Shown: positions 7,188 to 13,153 of the stretch, piece by piece | How the letters are laid out: each line of letters begins with the position of its first letter | Position numbering within the stretch: the first letter of the stretch is position 1 | IMG/VR virus record: IMGVR_UViG_3300027975_000015 | Location: 1 to 24,011 of that record | Direction: 5' to 3' (one strand) | From: a virus | Taxonomy: Duplodnaviria > Caudoviricetes | DNA length: 24,011 nt | Made by a program: the position numbers and the translations under genes | The notes under the pieces: generated by a model | The model's input: only the letters and a program-made list of their open reading frames with translations | What the model was told of the DNA's origin: nothing | The model's database searches: none

Positions 7188-7393
7188 TGATTGGTGGCCG
7201 TAGCCGGGATTCTGTTCTATGCTACGATTTATCTTCGCCGCAACCCGAGCCAATAAGCAAGGAATTCCCTGGCTCTGTTTGCGTTGCTGGCTGTATCACG
7301 GTAGTGTCAATGACCGAAGTCTCCTACTCGTTCCTTGCGCCAGTCCCGAACTTCCTCAGAGATTGCTCTCCGCCGTAACTCGCCTGCCAATCA
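7188..7393 (-). ncRNA. rnpB: Minimal RNase P RNA (catalytic domain intact, S-domain vestigial)
   Basis: CR-I GAGGAAGUUCGGGA (7357-7344) pairs with CR-V ACAGAAUCCCGGCUAC (7215-7200) to form P4 with a bulged U. Also P1 UGAUUGG/CCAAUCA, P2 GUUACGG/UCGUAGC, P3 GGAGA-GCAA-UCUCU, P5 CUGGC/GCCAG, P6 GCAAGGAA/UUCCUUGC, P15/L15 with GGU, P16 GAGCCA/UGGCUC, and CR-IV AGAUAAAU. Confidence 0.88.
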
Positions 7394-7630
7394 TTAAGGC
7401 CCTGGATTATCTGTCAACTCACTTGGCTTAGGCACCACGTGCCATGGGTTCTTTTCTGCGTACCGGTACCCATCAAACTGTCGCCTCCCAAAATCTTCCG
7501 CAATCTCAGCAGAACTAAAAAGGTCTGGGTCAAATGCGCTGCCATAATCCTGCCAATACAGACCCCACCAAGGCTTGACCTGAATCTTGTACCTATTCAA
7601 GCCCTCATGTCGAAGAATTCGCCAACGCAT
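7394..7630 (-). CDS. Hypothetical protein
   Basis: 78 aa; AAGGA SD; packed between its neighbours. Confidence 0.7.
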   Translation of the reverse strand: MRWRILRHEGLNRYKIQVKPWWGLYWQDYGSAFDPDLFSSAEIAEDFGRRQFDGYRYAEKNPWHVVPKPSELTDNPGP

Positions 7631-7631
7631 G

Positions 7632-7823
7632 TTATTTCCTTCTCACAATCGTAGCCATCACATCACCATCATAGGTGACAGTTCCTGGAGAAATGGCATA
7701 CTCTAGAAGCGCCTCATATCGTTGTTCGAAATTCACTGGGGCGCTCGTCAGATGCAGAAGCTCCGTAGCAAAACGGACGGCCGCATCTTTGTCTTTGAAG
7801 CCTTCGATTACAATTCGTGCCAT
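7632..7823 (-). CDS. Hypothetical protein
   Basis: 63 aa; GGAG SD. Confidence 0.7.
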   Translation of the reverse strand: MARIVIEGFKDKDAAVRFATELLHLTSAPVNFEQRYEALLEYAISPGTVTYDGDVMATIVRRK

Positions 7824-7838
7824 TACATTCTCCAGTTA

Positions 7839-7915
7839 TGGTAGGGGCGCCGGGGGTCGAACCCGAACCAGGGGATTAAAAGTCCGCTGTGCAGAAGCCG
7901 CTACACCACACCCCC
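7839..7915 (-). tRNA. trnK: tRNA-Lys(UUU)
   Basis: Acceptor GGGGGTG/CGCCCCT, anticodon loop CT-TTT-AA, TTCGACC T-loop, CCA. Confidence 0.92.
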
Positions 7916-7921
7916 GCAAAT

Positions 7922-8326
7922 TCACTTCGCCGGAGCCACCTTGAAACCGTGCTTCTTGGCTAGCTCCTCCAACAATTGCTTTTCTGTCTTGGCCTCCTTC
8001 AACAACTTCTTTTGATCACGGACAGCCTTCTTGGCTTCGCGGGCCGCCCTCTCGGCTGCCCTACGCTTTTCTTGCTCATCCACCCACTTGTCAAACCTCT
8101 CGACGGTGGTGAGAATGAACTCATCGGAAGACTCGCGTTCGATCAGTCTATATCCTTGTTCGTAAAGCTTCAAGGCGTGAAGGGCCGAAGAAAGCTTTTT
8201 AAAGACTGGCTCTTCTACCTTCTGCCAATCGGTGATCTTCGACTTGACAAGGTCTACTGTATATTGATAGTCCTCGTAAGAACCTTGATGCTCACCAACT
8301 ATCCTAATTATCGCTATCTCTCGCAT
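7922..8326 (-). CDS. Hypothetical protein with coiled-coil C-terminus
   Basis: 134 aa; charged helical EQEKRRAAERAAREAKK region. Confidence 0.75.
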   Translation of the reverse strand: MREIAIIRIVGEHQGSYEDYQYTVDLVKSKITDWQKVEEPVFKKLSSALHALKLYEQGYRLIERESSDEFILTTVERFDKWVDEQEKRRAAERAAREAKKAVRDQKKLLKEAKTEKQLLEELAKKHGFKVAPAK

Positions 8327-8336
8327 GATATTATCC

Positions 8337-8414
8337 TGGCACGCCCGGAAGGATTCGAACCCTCGTCTGTCTGAGGTAGAAGCTCAGTGCCATAGTCCAC
8401 TCGGCCACGGGCGC
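8337..8414 (-). tRNA. trnR: tRNA-Arg(UCU)
   Basis: CTGAG-CT-TCT-AC-CTCAG anticodon arm, A20, CCA. Confidence 0.93.
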
Positions 8415-8422
8415 ATTGTATT

Positions 8423-8498
8423 TGGAGCCACCGACAGGAATCGAACCTGCATCTGAACGGTTTAGGAAACCGTTGCCTCTCCATTAGACTACGGTGGC
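8423..8498 (-). tRNA. trnR: tRNA-Arg(CCU)
   Basis: ACGGT-TT-CCT-AA-ACCGT anticodon arm, A20, CCA. Confidence 0.93.
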
Positions 8499-8506
8499 AT
8501 TGTGTT

Positions 8507-8583
8507 TGGCACCCCCGGAGAGATTCGAACTCCCGACCGCAACGTTCGAAGCGTTGCATTCTAGTCCTCTGAATTACGGGGGC
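8507..8583 (-). tRNA. trnR: tRNA-Arg(UCG)
   Basis: CAACG-CT-TCG-AA-CGTTG anticodon arm, A20, CCA. Confidence 0.93.
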
Positions 8584-8584
8584 A

Positions 8585-8794
8585 CTACTTCCATTCTTTT
8601 ACGTCTATTTGAACACCATCCTGATAGCCAACCATACGGCGGCTATAGCCAGAAAGACGAGCAAAGTATTCCTGATCCTTCTTGTGAAAGGCCCAATATG
8701 TCTTGTAGGCCTTTTCAGTCTCGTATAGCTTGTGTTTCGATTTACGCCACACATTACGTTTGTCATCACGGTACTGGAATTCGATCTTGAACAT
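8585..8794 (-). CDS. Hypothetical basic protein
   Basis: 69 aa; ATAAATA lies 2 nt before the ATG (near-leaderless). Confidence 0.65.
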   Translation of the reverse strand: MFKIEFQYRDDKRNVWRKSKHKLYETEKAYKTYWAFHKKDQEYFARLSGYSRRMVGYQDGVQIDVKEWK

Positions 8795-8796
8795 AG

Positions 8797-8803
8797 TATT
8801 TAT
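8797..8803 (-). promoter_or_regulatory. T4-like late promoter (ATAAATA)
   Basis: AATAAATA upstream of the ORF and the Arg tRNA triplet. Confidence 0.5.
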
Positions 8804-9063
8804 TCGGTTGGTGGGTAAACGTCGCCATTTTCATCAATCTTCTTTTCCTCGTAGACCGAAACCGCCCTACGATAGAATTCCAGCTTCACGCACTCCAGCA
8901 CGCCCACAAGCGCATTATAGTCGGCATACGTCTTGGGGTCAGTTGCCAACAGCAAGTTGGTGATGGCATAGTTGAGATTGCCCGGGCCGACGCCCGTTTC
9001 TTTACGCAATGCCATTACAGCACGCCAAATCGGCGGACGATCCTTGGTCACAATGTAAGGCAT
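8800..9063 (-). CDS. Conserved phage hypothetical protein (DUF6899-like)
   Basis: GNLNYAIT...YNALVGVLECVKLEFYRR...YEEKKIDENGDVY pattern recalled from a widespread phage family. Confidence 0.75.
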   Translation of the reverse strand: MPYIVTKDRPPIWRAVMALRKETGVGPGNLNYAITNLLLATDPKTYADYNALVGVLECVKLEFYRRAVSVYEEKKIDENGDVYPPTE

Positions 9064-9064
9064 A

Positions 9065-9220
9065 TCACTTTCCCCAATATTCGTCGATCAAATCAACAAT
9101 CGTACTCGCAAAAACACCAGCACCGAAGAATGCAAACCCAATCCAACCTTCATGCGGAAAGAAGTGGCTCGTTGCAACAAAGATTGCCAGCCAGACTGCC
9201 CACGCCATTAACCATCTCAT
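9065..9220 (-). CDS. Small membrane protein (51 aa)
   Basis: MRWLMAWAVWLAIFVATSHFFPHEGWIGFAFFGAGVFASTIVDLIDEYWGK*; GGAG SD; fills the gap exactly. Confidence 0.65.
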   Translation of the reverse strand: MRWLMAWAVWLAIFVATSHFFPHEGWIGFAFFGAGVFASTIVDLIDEYWGK

Positions 9221-9221
9221 G

Positions 9222-9920
9222 TCATTCTCCAAGAACGCTCATCATGAACTGATACCGATCGGGATGCCCTTCATGTGTCTCGGTGATGACATCCACGCAA
9301 GTCTTACAGTACGTCGGGTTGACGCGAGACACGAAATGGTGCCTCTCTTTATGAAAGACCTCACCACACAGGCCACACAAGTAATCGTTGTTCACTCCAC
9401 GATTGCCGTACATATCACGTTTCAGAATGCCTTCAGGCAGCTTGTCGAGATACGCCAGCATATCGTCAAACTGGGTGAAGATCCGAGTAGACAGACCTTG
9501 CAGCCAACCCGGAACTTCGTTCACCCAATCTTCCCACTTCGACACAACGAATAGTGGAATGTCGTTGTTGTAGGCGACCTGTGCCTCACTAATCGTACCA
9601 GCACCACGGCGGACACTCTCATCGTAGTATAGAATCACCGCATGAGAGTGCTTCTCCACCAACTCAATGTCAGCATGAATGAAATGCTGACGGACATTCG
9701 ACTTGTATTGCAGGTGGTTGCCGTTCTTCTCTGTGAAGTAGAGGTTGCCGTGCTTCTCATTGTATCGCTTATCCAATGCAGTAATGTCGATTGGGTAATA
9801 CCTCATTGCGAACAACTTATTGGCCACATACTGTCGCCACTCAGAACCCAAATCTTCCGCAAACTGCATCCCACCCGACAGATAGATGCTGCCACGGTTG
9901 AAAAAGACGTTGCCCATCAA
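9222..9920 (-). CDS. Nucleoside 2-deoxyribosyltransferase-like (NDT/nucleotide N-hydrolase fold) protein with C-terminal zinc finger
   Basis: IYLSGGM, ADIELVEKHSHAVILY and GAGTISEAQVAY motifs; CGLC...CKTC at the C-terminus. Confidence 0.75.
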   Translation of the reverse strand: MMGNVFFNRGSIYLSGGMQFAEDLGSEWRQYVANKLFAMRYYPIDITALDKRYNEKHGNLYFTEKNGNHLQYKSNVRQHFIHADIELVEKHSHAVILYYDESVRRGAGTISEAQVAYNNDIPLFVVSKWEDWVNEVPGWLQGLSTRIFTQFDDMLAYLDKLPEGILKRDMYGNRGVNNDYLCGLCGEVFHKERHHFVSRVNPTYCKTCVDVITETHEGHPDRYQFMMSVLGE

Positions 9921-10777
9921 ACCTCCAAAAGAATTTGGTGGGTATACGCCTTCTTCTGATACCCACGCGCAGCAGTCACAATGACCGTATCTCCAACCGG
10001 AGTTCTGCGAACATCATGTGTATGACCGTGAAAGTATACAGCAACCTTCTTGTCGTTGTCAAGGATCAGATTCTCTAGATCCGTTGCTGCGTATGCATAG
10101 TCGATCAGGTTCCCACCATGCTGGCTGTTGCAATGCGCCATGATCGGTGCATGATGCGTCATCACCACTACAGGCACCTCGCCCTTGATCGCCTCCACTT
10201 GCTGTACCAGCCACTCACGGTTCTTGCGATACAACTCAACCGTATCGTACGGCTCAATGCGGACAAAGGTGAAATTCTCGTTCAGTTTGCGGATGTGCCA
10301 ATAGTCATTTAGGCCCTCTTTGACGGCCCCCATTACAATCGGGTCTGCGGCACGCAGATCAGTCCACAGCGTGGTGGCAATCACTTGCACGCGGCCATCA
10401 ATGTCAATTACGTCATTGTCCGCAACAACAAGGTTGTCAATGTGCTTGGTCGCATCACGAAGGGCATTGATTCCCTCGGCCAACTCCTCATGGTAGAATT
10501 CGTGATTGCCCGCAATCATGATCACCTTCTTGTAGGCTGCACAGATAGCCTCAAGGTCCATCAACGGGCGGCGCTTGAAAGTGCCACCAACACCATCATC
10601 CTTGCGTCGAAAAGCATTGATTTCGGCCGTATCCCCTGCGATCAGAAGAAGGTCGTTCTTGTGTTCGCCATTGACGAGCGGCCCATTCAGATGGTATACG
10701 AGGTCGCCGGCGTGGGTTCGGATTAGGCGATTTAAATCCAAATGCAAATCAGTTACGCCGTAAACACGCACGATCAT
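9917..10777 (-). CDS. Calcineurin-like metallophosphoesterase
   Basis: Motifs TDLHLD, IAGD, AGNHEFY, THHAP, FHGHTH. Confidence 0.9.
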   Translation of the reverse strand: MIVRVYGVTDLHLDLNRLIRTHAGDLVYHLNGPLVNGEHKNDLLLIAGDTAEINAFRRKDDGVGGTFKRRPLMDLEAICAAYKKVIMIAGNHEFYHEELAEGINALRDATKHIDNLVVADNDVIDIDGRVQVIATTLWTDLRAADPIVMGAVKEGLNDYWHIRKLNENFTFVRIEPYDTVELYRKNREWLVQQVEAIKGEVPVVVMTHHAPIMAHCNSQHGGNLIDYAYAATDLENLILDNDKKVAVYFHGHTHDVRRTPVGDTVIVTAARGYQKKAYTHQILLEV

Positions 10778-10783
10778 CTCCAG

Positions 10784-10819
10784 AAAAAGGTGGAGCTTTC
10801 AGTTGTACAGAAAGCTCCA
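10784..10819 (-). terminator. Intrinsic terminator-like hairpin
   Basis: TGGAGCTTTC-9 nt-GAAAGCTCCA followed by CCTTTTT on the minus strand. Confidence 0.6.
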
Positions 10820-10823
10820 AACT

Positions 10824-10883
10824 CTACGGCCGGGGAGTCAAGTTGCCGAAGCTTGCTTCGCGGGCCGCATCCCGCGTTACCCC
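10824..10883 (-). ncRNA. Candidate structured RNA downstream of tRNA-CAU
   Basis: GGGG/CCCC closing stem, CGCGGG/CCCGCG hairpin, CAAG-C-UUCG-G-CAA-CUUG hairpin; possible loop pseudoknot with downstream CCGUA. Confidence 0.4.
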
Positions 10884-10890
10884 AAATTCT

Positions 10891-10967
10891 TGGTCGTCAT
10901 AGTTGGAGTCGAACCAACCTTGGCCTCGTTATGAGCGAGGTGCATCAGACCGCTCTGCCATATGACG
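10891..10967 (-). tRNA. tRNA with CAU anticodon (elongator Met or Ile2)
   Basis: Acceptor CGTCATA/TATGACG (1:72 paired), CCTCG-CT-CAT-AA-CGAGG anticodon arm, CCA. Confidence 0.92.
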
Positions 10968-11333
10968 TTACTGTACCCACCGCGTAAAGCAATTTCCTTG
11001 CTGAAAGAATGGCGAGTTGCCAGACTGCACACAAACCACGATTGGTTGTGGCGGATGCACCGGACCCCAATGCTGCACAAACGGTTGTGGCCAGACAGGG
11101 ACAACTGGCATCGGCGCCACAAACTGTGGCCCACCCCACGCGCCCCAACTACCGACCATCGCGCCGGCAGCAAACGCGCCGGCGACTGCCCAACCATTGT
11201 TGTGATTGCCTTGCCAATGTCGGCCACCGTTGTTGGGGCCTTGATTCCAATTATGCCCACCGCGCCCGCCAGCGACAGCAGCAGTCGCCATCAACATCGC
11301 TACAAGAAACACCGTAAGACGTTTCATTTTCAC
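10968..11333 (-). CDS. Putative secreted/membrane Gly-Asn-His- and Pro-rich protein
   Basis: Signal peptide MKRLTVFLVAMLMATAAVA, Gly-rich linker, hydrophobic AVAGAFAAGAMVG, Pro-rich tail with two Cys; GGAG SD. Confidence 0.7.
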   Translation of the reverse strand: MKMKRLTVFLVAMLMATAAVAGGRGGHNWNQGPNNGGRHWQGNHNNGWAVAGAFAAGAMVGSWGAWGGPQFVAPMPVVPVWPQPFVQHWGPVHPPQPIVVCVQSGNSPFFQQGNCFTRWVQ

Positions 11334-11340
11334 TCCAATC

Positions 11341-11438
11341 TGGAAGCGGGGATGGGAGTCGAACCCACTATCTACGGCTTATGAGACCGTAATGATTTGT
11401 GCGATTATTACACCGCTCATCCGTTTCACTCACCCGCA
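11341..11438 (-). tRNA. Atypical tRNA-Met(CAU) with ~21-nt D-loop insertion
   Basis: ACGGT-CT-CAT-AA-GCCGT anticodon arm, GTGGG-TTCGACT-CCCAT T-arm, CCA. The D-stem GTGA/TCAT encloses an enlarged loop; 1:72 mismatch; ~98 nt. Confidence 0.75.
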
Positions 11439-11443
11439 TTAAC

Positions 11444-11520
11444 TGGCACCACGTAGAGGAATCGAACCCCTGTAGTCACGCTTCGTAGGCGTGTGCCTCA
11501 TTCCGCTCGGCCAACGTGGC
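11444..11520 (-). tRNA. trnR: tRNA-Arg(ACG)
   Basis: CACGC-CT-ACG-AA-GCGTG anticodon arm, A20, CCA. Confidence 0.93.
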
Positions 11521-11530
11521 ATAAAATAGT

Positions 11531-11640
11531 GTCAGCACGCCCTATGACGAGCATTGCGCTCGTCGCCACATCGCTTGTGGCCCCGCTGACTGCATATTGG
11601 CAAGACTGCTAGGGTCTCACCTTTATTTTTGGGCCTAGCA
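11531..11640 (-). ncRNA. Candidate structured RNA(s) between tRNA-Asn and tRNA-Arg
   Basis: GUCAGC/GCUGAC encloses two perfect hairpins, GCCACA/UGUGGC and GACGAGC/GCUCGUC; a second stem is UGCUAGG/CCUAGCA. Confidence 0.45.
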
Positions 11641-11656
11641 CCCATTGACTTACTTT

Positions 11657-11731
11657 TGGCTCCGGAGGCTGGGATCGAACCAGCGACACACGGATTAACA
11701 GTCCGTCGTTCTACCGCTGAACTACACCGGA
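11657..11731 (-). tRNA. trnN: tRNA-Asn(GUU)
   Basis: TCCGG/CCGGA acceptor, ACGGA-CT-GTT-AA-TCCGT anticodon arm, G73, CCA. Confidence 0.95.
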
Positions 11732-11744
11732 ATTATCTCGCTTG

Positions 11745-11751
11745 TATTTAT
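11745..11751 (-). promoter_or_regulatory. T4-like late promoter (ATAAATA) for the tRNA cluster
   Basis: GATAAATA about 13 nt upstream of the tRNA-Asn 5' end. Confidence 0.55.
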
Positions 11752-11767
11752 CTCAAAACCTCGAAAA

Positions 11768-11833
11768 TGGTGGCCTACTCGCTGCGTCCGGTTTCTCTAT
11801 GGCTATACGCTAGCCGGCATCCGCTTTTGGCCA
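11768..11833 (-). ncRNA. Small CCA-terminated non-tRNA RNA candidate
   Basis: UGGCCAAAAGCGGAUGCCGGCUAGCGUAUAGCCAUAGAGAAACCGGACGCAGCGAGUAGGCCACCA: GGCC/GGCC closing stem plus ACCA end; no T-loop or anticodon arm. Confidence 0.5.
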
Positions 11834-11840
11834 TTAACCT

Positions 11841-12302
11841 TTACTTCAGGCCGGCCTGCTTGAGAATCGCCAACACATCGGCGTCGTTCTCGCCCTCAAC
11901 TTCTTCCACGCCGTCGATCACATCGGCGACGTCCTTGACCTTCTTCGCCGAACGAGTCGGCTTCGCCGCCTTCTTCGCGCCCTTCGTGGGCTTGGTCGGC
12001 TTCGTCGCCTTCTTCGGCTTCGACGCCGCGACCTTCGCGGTGGCGGTTTCGGTGACTTCCGTCACTTCAGCCTTCTTCGCCGCGCCCTTGATATCAACGT
12101 ACTTGTACCCAATAACATTGCGCCCATCACGGACGGACTCAATGTTCATGCCCTCAGCCTTCAGATCCTTGATGCACGCACGCCAATATGAGGCGCCGAC
12201 CGCATCGAAGACCTGCTTCTCCGAAAGCACCTTGCCCGAATGGGTCTTGAAGGCCTTGCGAAGATTGTCCAGACGATTCACCGAAGTTTTCGGACGAGAC
12301 AT
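11841..12302 (-). CDS. Putative DNA-binding protein with Lys/Ala/Pro-rich histone H1-like tail
   Basis: N-terminal globular region, KPKKATKPTKPTKGAKKAAK repeats, acidic C-terminus; AGGAG SD. Confidence 0.8.
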   Translation of the reverse strand: MSRPKTSVNRLDNLRKAFKTHSGKVLSEKQVFDAVGASYWRACIKDLKAEGMNIESVRDGRNVIGYKYVDIKGAAKKAEVTEVTETATAKVAASKPKKATKPTKPTKGAKKAAKPTRSAKKVKDVADVIDGVEEVEGENDADVLAILKQAGLK

Positions 12303-12329
12303 AACTATACTCCTATCAAATTGGAAAGA

Positions 12330-12518
12330 TCACTCAGAAACTTGTATTGCTTCGAAGAAATGCGTGATGACGGGTTCGACATTCACCCTCGCAAACTCCT
12401 TGAGAAACGCCTGCGCCTGTTCGGCGTGCCCGTCATCCATGAAGGTCTTGGTCTCGACTTTGACTTCGGTCGCCACCGAGACTCGCGTACCGTATCGCAT
12501 ACGGGCAAACTTCTTCAT
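12330..12518 (-). CDS. Hypothetical protein
   Basis: 62 aa; GGAG SD; first gene after a sigma70 promoter. Confidence 0.7.
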   Translation of the reverse strand: MKKFARMRYGTRVSVATEVKVETKTFMDDGHAEQAQAFLKEFARVNVEPVITHFFEAIQVSE

Positions 12519-12550
12519 CGTTTTCTCCGCTCATTGAACAACGAACCGCA

Positions 12551-12579
12551 AGTATAGCGCACCTTTAGCCGCTTGTCAA
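12551..12579 (-). promoter_or_regulatory. Sigma70-type early promoter
   Basis: GGCTTGACA-17 nt-TATACT-TGCGGT. Confidence 0.8.
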
Positions 12580-12593
12580 GCCTTTCCTTTTGC

Positions 12594-12932
12594 CTATTGG
12601 AGGGTCGTCCCTACAGGAGCGCACGGCGGCTCGCCCACGAACTTCGCATGACCTTGAACGATCTGCTCAAACGCGCCGACCATTTGTTGATTGGCGAATT
12701 CAAACAACGCCTCGGCCAACTCAAGCTTCGACGCATAGCCGAGGTCTTCGTATCGCGTATGTGACGTAAGGAAGACATTGTAGATCATAGACCCAACGAA
12801 GCGCGACACTTCGGCGAGCACCTCGTTGCCCGGCGAGTCTGTCACTTCGCTGGCCGAAGTCGCAAAGTCATGCGCCGCAGTTTGCAGGCGCAGTTGCAGT
12901 TCTTCGCGGATCGAATCAAACGACTTGTTCAT
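12594..12932 (-). CDS. Hypothetical protein
   Basis: 112 aa; ATGA overlap with the upstream gene; GGAG SD. Confidence 0.75.
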   Translation of the reverse strand: MNKSFDSIREELQLRLQTAAHDFATSASEVTDSPGNEVLAEVSRFVGSMIYNVFLTSHTRYEDLGYASKLELAEALFEFANQQMVGAFEQIVQGHAKFVGEPPCAPVGTTLQ

Positions 12933-13153
12933 TTGCGTACTCCGAGGTAATAGTCCACACTAATATGTTCGAACGCGGCATCGATATCGTCGCCCACAGC
13001 CGAGTTGGTCTTGCCGTAAATAAAACCAACAAGCCCAACGTCAATCCCGTAGAGACGGCTCTCGTTAGATCCACCCATGTAGATGGAAAACGCCCGCTCC
13101 GCGAGCCTCTGCACAACCTGTTCGTAGGAACGAATTGCATCTGTCATCTTCAC
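12929..13153 (-). CDS. Hypothetical protein
   Basis: 74 aa; GAGGAG SD; coupled to its neighbours. Confidence 0.7.
   Translation of the reverse strand: MKMTDAIRSYEQVVQRLAERAFSIYMGGSNESRLYGIDVGLVGFIYGKTNSAVGDDIDAAFEHISVDYYLGVRK

Noticed and set aside
7112-7431. Plus-strand ORFs of 88 and 70 aa
   Set aside because: They are antisense to the RNase P RNA, which fully explains this interval.
8314-8559. 81-aa minus-strand ORF (and similar ORFs 3665..4030, 3903..4100, 10877..11260)
   Set aside because: They run through clear tRNA genes or lie in alternative frames of better-supported genes.
10824-10883. Possible tRNA-associated HDV-like (theta) ribozyme
   Set aside because: I could not build the nested P1/P2/P3/P1.1/P4 topology with a J4/2 catalytic C; kept only as a generic structured RNA candidate.
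11629-12537. 302-aa plus-strand ORF
   Set aside because: Overlaps tRNA-Asn, the CCA-ended RNA and two minus-strand genes; its F/A-rich content mirrors Lys/Ala codons.
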